Positions 43,085 through 45,051 of a stretch of 45,051 bases of DNA are shown here, in pieces. The stretch comes from Nitrospinota bacterium. GTDB lineage: Bacteria > UBA8248. A program made the translations under genes and the position numbers. How positions within the stretch are numbered: position 1 is the first letter of the stretch; each line of letters opens with the position of its first letter. The DNA lies in the NCBI GenBank assembly GCA_028820795.1, contig JAPPHK010000255.1, forward strand, positions 1 through 45,051, given 5' to 3'. A model generated the notes under the pieces. The model was not told where the DNA came from. It worked only from the letters and a program-made list of their open reading frames with translations, and did no database searches.

Positions 43085-43742
43085 CAATAAGCTCCACTAA
43101 ATGATATGTCTGTTGAAGAATATTTTGTAAATATCTTAAAATTTCAGGCTCTTCAGGAAAACGAGCTTCATTTACGTGGTGATTAACAGACATGAAAACT
43201 GTTGATGTGGTTCGGTCATTTAATCTTGGCTCAATTCTCACGCCCAAATTATTTGTAGCGTCTTTTTTGAGCGTGAATCTGCCTGCGCCTTCAATCAGTT
43301 CCCCTTCTTGGGGGCCGGAGAAGAGAGGCGAATAAAGGCGACTTGCAATGTATTCCATAGCGGTTTTCCCACTATCTTGTTCGTAGGAAATATCAACGTT
43401 GAATCCAAAGGCATTCGGGGTTACATCTAAATTTAGACTCAGTACTGCTTGGCGGGCAATTTGCACAAATCGAGGCAAGAAATCTTTGTGTGGGTAATCA
43501 ATAAGTATGCGAGTGATTTTAGGATTCGATGAAGTGGCAATAGTTATACGTTCTTTGGGCAAGGAAAACATTTTTTCATTAGGCGATCCTATGTTCCCCA
43601 AGGTCCCCAAGGAATCGCCCAGTACAATAATATCAGTACTTAATGCCTTCGATAATTCTTCGATTAATCGCATTTCTTGCGATAGCTGAATGTCGACAAA
43701 AGCAACATCCATTCTTATGATATCTTCGATACGTGTTCCCAT
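43062..43742 (-). CDS. Operon gene A: unknown protein, 226 aa
   Basis: ATG 43742 is preceded by consensus SD AAGGAG (43757-43752) with a 9-nt spacer. AT-rich codon usage. There is a weak, unverified resemblance to the uncharacterised TIGR04255-type family. Confidence 0.78.
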   Translation of the reverse strand: MGTRIEDIIRMDVAFVDIQLSQEMRLIEELSKALSTDIIVLGDSLGTLGNIGSPNEKMFSLPKERITIATSSNPKITRILIDYPHKDFLPRFVQIARQAVLSLNLDVTPNAFGFNVDISYEQDSGKTAMEYIASRLYSPLFSGPQEGELIEGAGRFTLKKDATNNLGVRIEPRLNDRTTSTVFMSVNHHVNEARFPEEPEILRYLQNILQQTYHLVELIDGPDRPK

Positions 43743-43786
43743 TCTTTTCTTCTCCTTGGGTAGGTGTAATTTCCCTTCCCCTGCAC

Positions 43787-43816
43787 AGGCTATCCACCTA
43801 ATAAAAATTATGTCAA
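43787..43816 (-). promoter_or_regulatory. Putative promoter of the A-B-C operon
   Basis: The minus strand reads TTGACA (43816-43811), an 18-nt AT-rich spacer, then TAGCCT (43792-43787), about 45 nt upstream of ATG 43742. Confidence 0.4.
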
Positions 43817-44167
43817 CCAGAATAAATTGTGGTGGACCCGAAGCGTTGTATTGCCATTTTAACCGTAGCCTGTTTTCTCATCGTCATATCCTACCATGCA
43901 GGCGCTCACGGAGGAGGTCTTAATCAGGTGGTAGATTAGTTTGAAAATCAAGGCGGCGGATCCCGCGAAACCAATCCGCATATATACAATATAAATTTTA
44001 TTGCTCATTTTCACAACTTAACGTGATATAAATCTTGCCATTAATCCCAAGACCCAACCAAAAGAACAAATATAATTTTACCCCGAACCAGTGGGAGCAA
44101 ATCGCAATTTAATGTCAATGACAGTCAAAAAAGTTAACTGAATAGGTAAAAGAGAAGGCCTTCAATC

Positions 44168-44206
44168 GCTCGCCACATGCGGTTTCGTAGTCCGCATGTG
44201 GCGAGC
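44168..44206. other. Perfect 15-bp GC-rich inverted repeat (hairpin) inside AT-rich non-coding DNA
   Basis: GCTCGCCACATGCGG (44168-44182), a 9-nt loop, then CCGCATGTGGCGAGC (44192-44206). On the minus strand the palindrome GAAGGCCTTC and TCTTTT follow. Confidence 0.8.
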
Positions 44207-44836
44207 ACCCCATAAAAACGTCCGTAGTGCATCCTTTCGTCTCTAGTATTTGCATTACTGTAAATTTTACCAATAATGGATATGTATATAATTCCCTAAA
44301 TCTTTTCAAAAAACTTGCAGATTTTTTTCACAAAAACTTATATTATCTCCAGCAATACAGAAGAAAGAAAAAAATCTTCGCAGTATACAATCCGATTAGA
44401 AGTATTCTTTAGTAACTCTGTTGTACGCTGAAGAGATTCCTCTAATTATTGTTAGTCAAGCATTGTCATAACAATGCAGACGAGCATTGCAGCGCGATGC
44501 TTTAGCATCTTACGTCAATCGTTTTGACGCAAAAATGAAATAGAATTTTTCTAGTCTTCTCCATTTCAGGTGCAGTATGAAGCGTTGTGACAGTAAAAGC
44601 CAAAAAGAGAAGGAAAGAATTCATCGACAAAGCTGTTAGCTTTGAGAAGCGAAGCTTTAATAAAGAAGGATGAAATCTGGCACACTCTTTCCATTACCAA
44701 AGACAAAGAAATGGGTGTTCGGGGCTGGAGTGCGCCTTTCGCCACTGCTCAGTGGCACAGAAAGAACCGGGCGGTGATTTCCTCATGTCTCGCCTTAAAC
44801 GGCAAGAGCGGGACGAGAGTCGAATTGATTATCCTT

Positions 44837-44856
44837 GCTGAGTGACGAGGATTAGG
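44837..44856 (+). repeat. Right copy of the perfect 20-bp direct repeat
   Basis: Identical to 41417-41436. It contains the TAA stop (complement of 44852-44854) of the ftsH-like gene. Confidence 0.95.
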
Positions 44857-45051
44857 AAACCGAGTCTCCCTCCCGCGCCTCCACCACGCCGAGCGCGGCG
44901 CGCAGTTCGTCCCCGCCGATGGTCTCCTGCTCGAGCAGGCGCGCGGTGAGGGTTTCGAGGTCGTCGCGCCTTTCGGTCAAAATCTCCGTCGCGCGCGCAT
45001 AGGCGCCGTCCAGTATCTTCTCCACCTCCTCGTCCACCTCGCGCTGGGTCG
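44852..45051 (-). CDS. ftsH: C-terminal end of ATP-dependent zinc metalloprotease FtsH (partial; continues beyond the right window edge)
   Basis: 'EVDEEVEKILDGAYARATEILTERRDDLETLTARLLEQETIGGDEL' matches the conserved C-terminal helices of FtsH. The frame is open to base 45051. Confidence 0.75.
   Translation of the reverse strand, partial: TQREVDEEVEKILDGAYARATEILTERRDDLETLTARLLEQETIGGDELRAALGVVEAREGDSVS

Larger units (their letters stand above)
41437..44836. mobile_element. 3.4-kb inserted segment between convergent MetE-like and ftsH genes, bounded by the 20-bp direct repeat. No integrase or transposase is visible.
   Basis: The direct repeat duplicates the junction carrying both genes' stop codons. 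The interior holds a REP hairpin, a small two-gene module and an AT-rich cassette with foreign codon usage. Confidence 0.65.

Noticed and set aside
44115-44412. ORFs 44115..44309 (-) and 44227..44412 (+) in the AT-rich non-coding stretch
   Set aside because: One uses a TTG start with no SD and simply reads through the 15-bp hairpin. The other is low-complexity, AT-driven sequence. Neither is protein-like.
41953-44683. Possible terminal inverted repeats of the AT-rich cassette (GTGCATAGATTTTTATCTT at 41953-41971 versus the reverse complement of 44663-44683, GTGCCAGATTTCATCCTTCTT)
   Set aside because: The match is only about 13-15 of 21 positions and needs two indels. It is AT-rich, and the copies lie at unequal distances (6 versus 18 nt) from the compositional boundaries. 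That is too weak to call a TIR.
44642-44845. 67-aa plus-strand ORF as an independent gene
   Set aside because: It uses a TTG start without an SD and straddles the AT-rich/GC-rich boundary. Its stop is supplied by the right direct-repeat copy. It is better explained as a remnant or junction artefact of the disrupted ORF.

Overview
High-GC bacterial chromosome segment from a diderm-type organism (Mla genes and RNase Y are present; the lineage cannot be determined from this window). Most of it is a dense, almost entirely minus-strand block of housekeeping genes. These are an EF-G paralogue, a CspA-type cold-shock protein, alaS, a methylmalonyl-CoA mutase large subunit, and the run zapB-zapA-[6S RNA]-5-formyl-THF cyclo-ligase-rny-ymdB. 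They continue with the classic thrS-infC-rpmI-rplT-pheS-pheT cluster, tRNA-Val, tRNA-Leu plus tig-clpP-clpX, metH and folE2. On the plus strand are mlaE-mlaD-mlaC, ltaE and several hydrolases. Two visibly AT-rich, foreign-looking segments interrupt this backbone. The first (1-846) is the 3' part of a large gene, probably a P-loop NTPase, that runs in from the left edge and abuts the EF-G gene. The second (41.4-44.9 kb) is a 3.4-kb insertion bracketed by a perfect 20-bp direct repeat, lying between a MetE-like gene and the 3' end of ftsH. Inside that insertion, an AT-rich cassette cuts a small retropepsin-like ORF. The cassette carries a tightly coupled three-gene operon (226, 211 and 141 aa) that I cannot assign to any family. 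This operon is my best candidate for an undescribed defence or conflict system, but its function is inferred from context only. Other points of note are a likely unannotated 6S RNA, a 49-aa ORF inside the infC-rpmI-rplT operon, an IF3 with a long C-terminal tail, and a cluster of GTAGGG-type REP-like hairpins. No CRISPR array, rRNA, transposase or integrase gene was seen.
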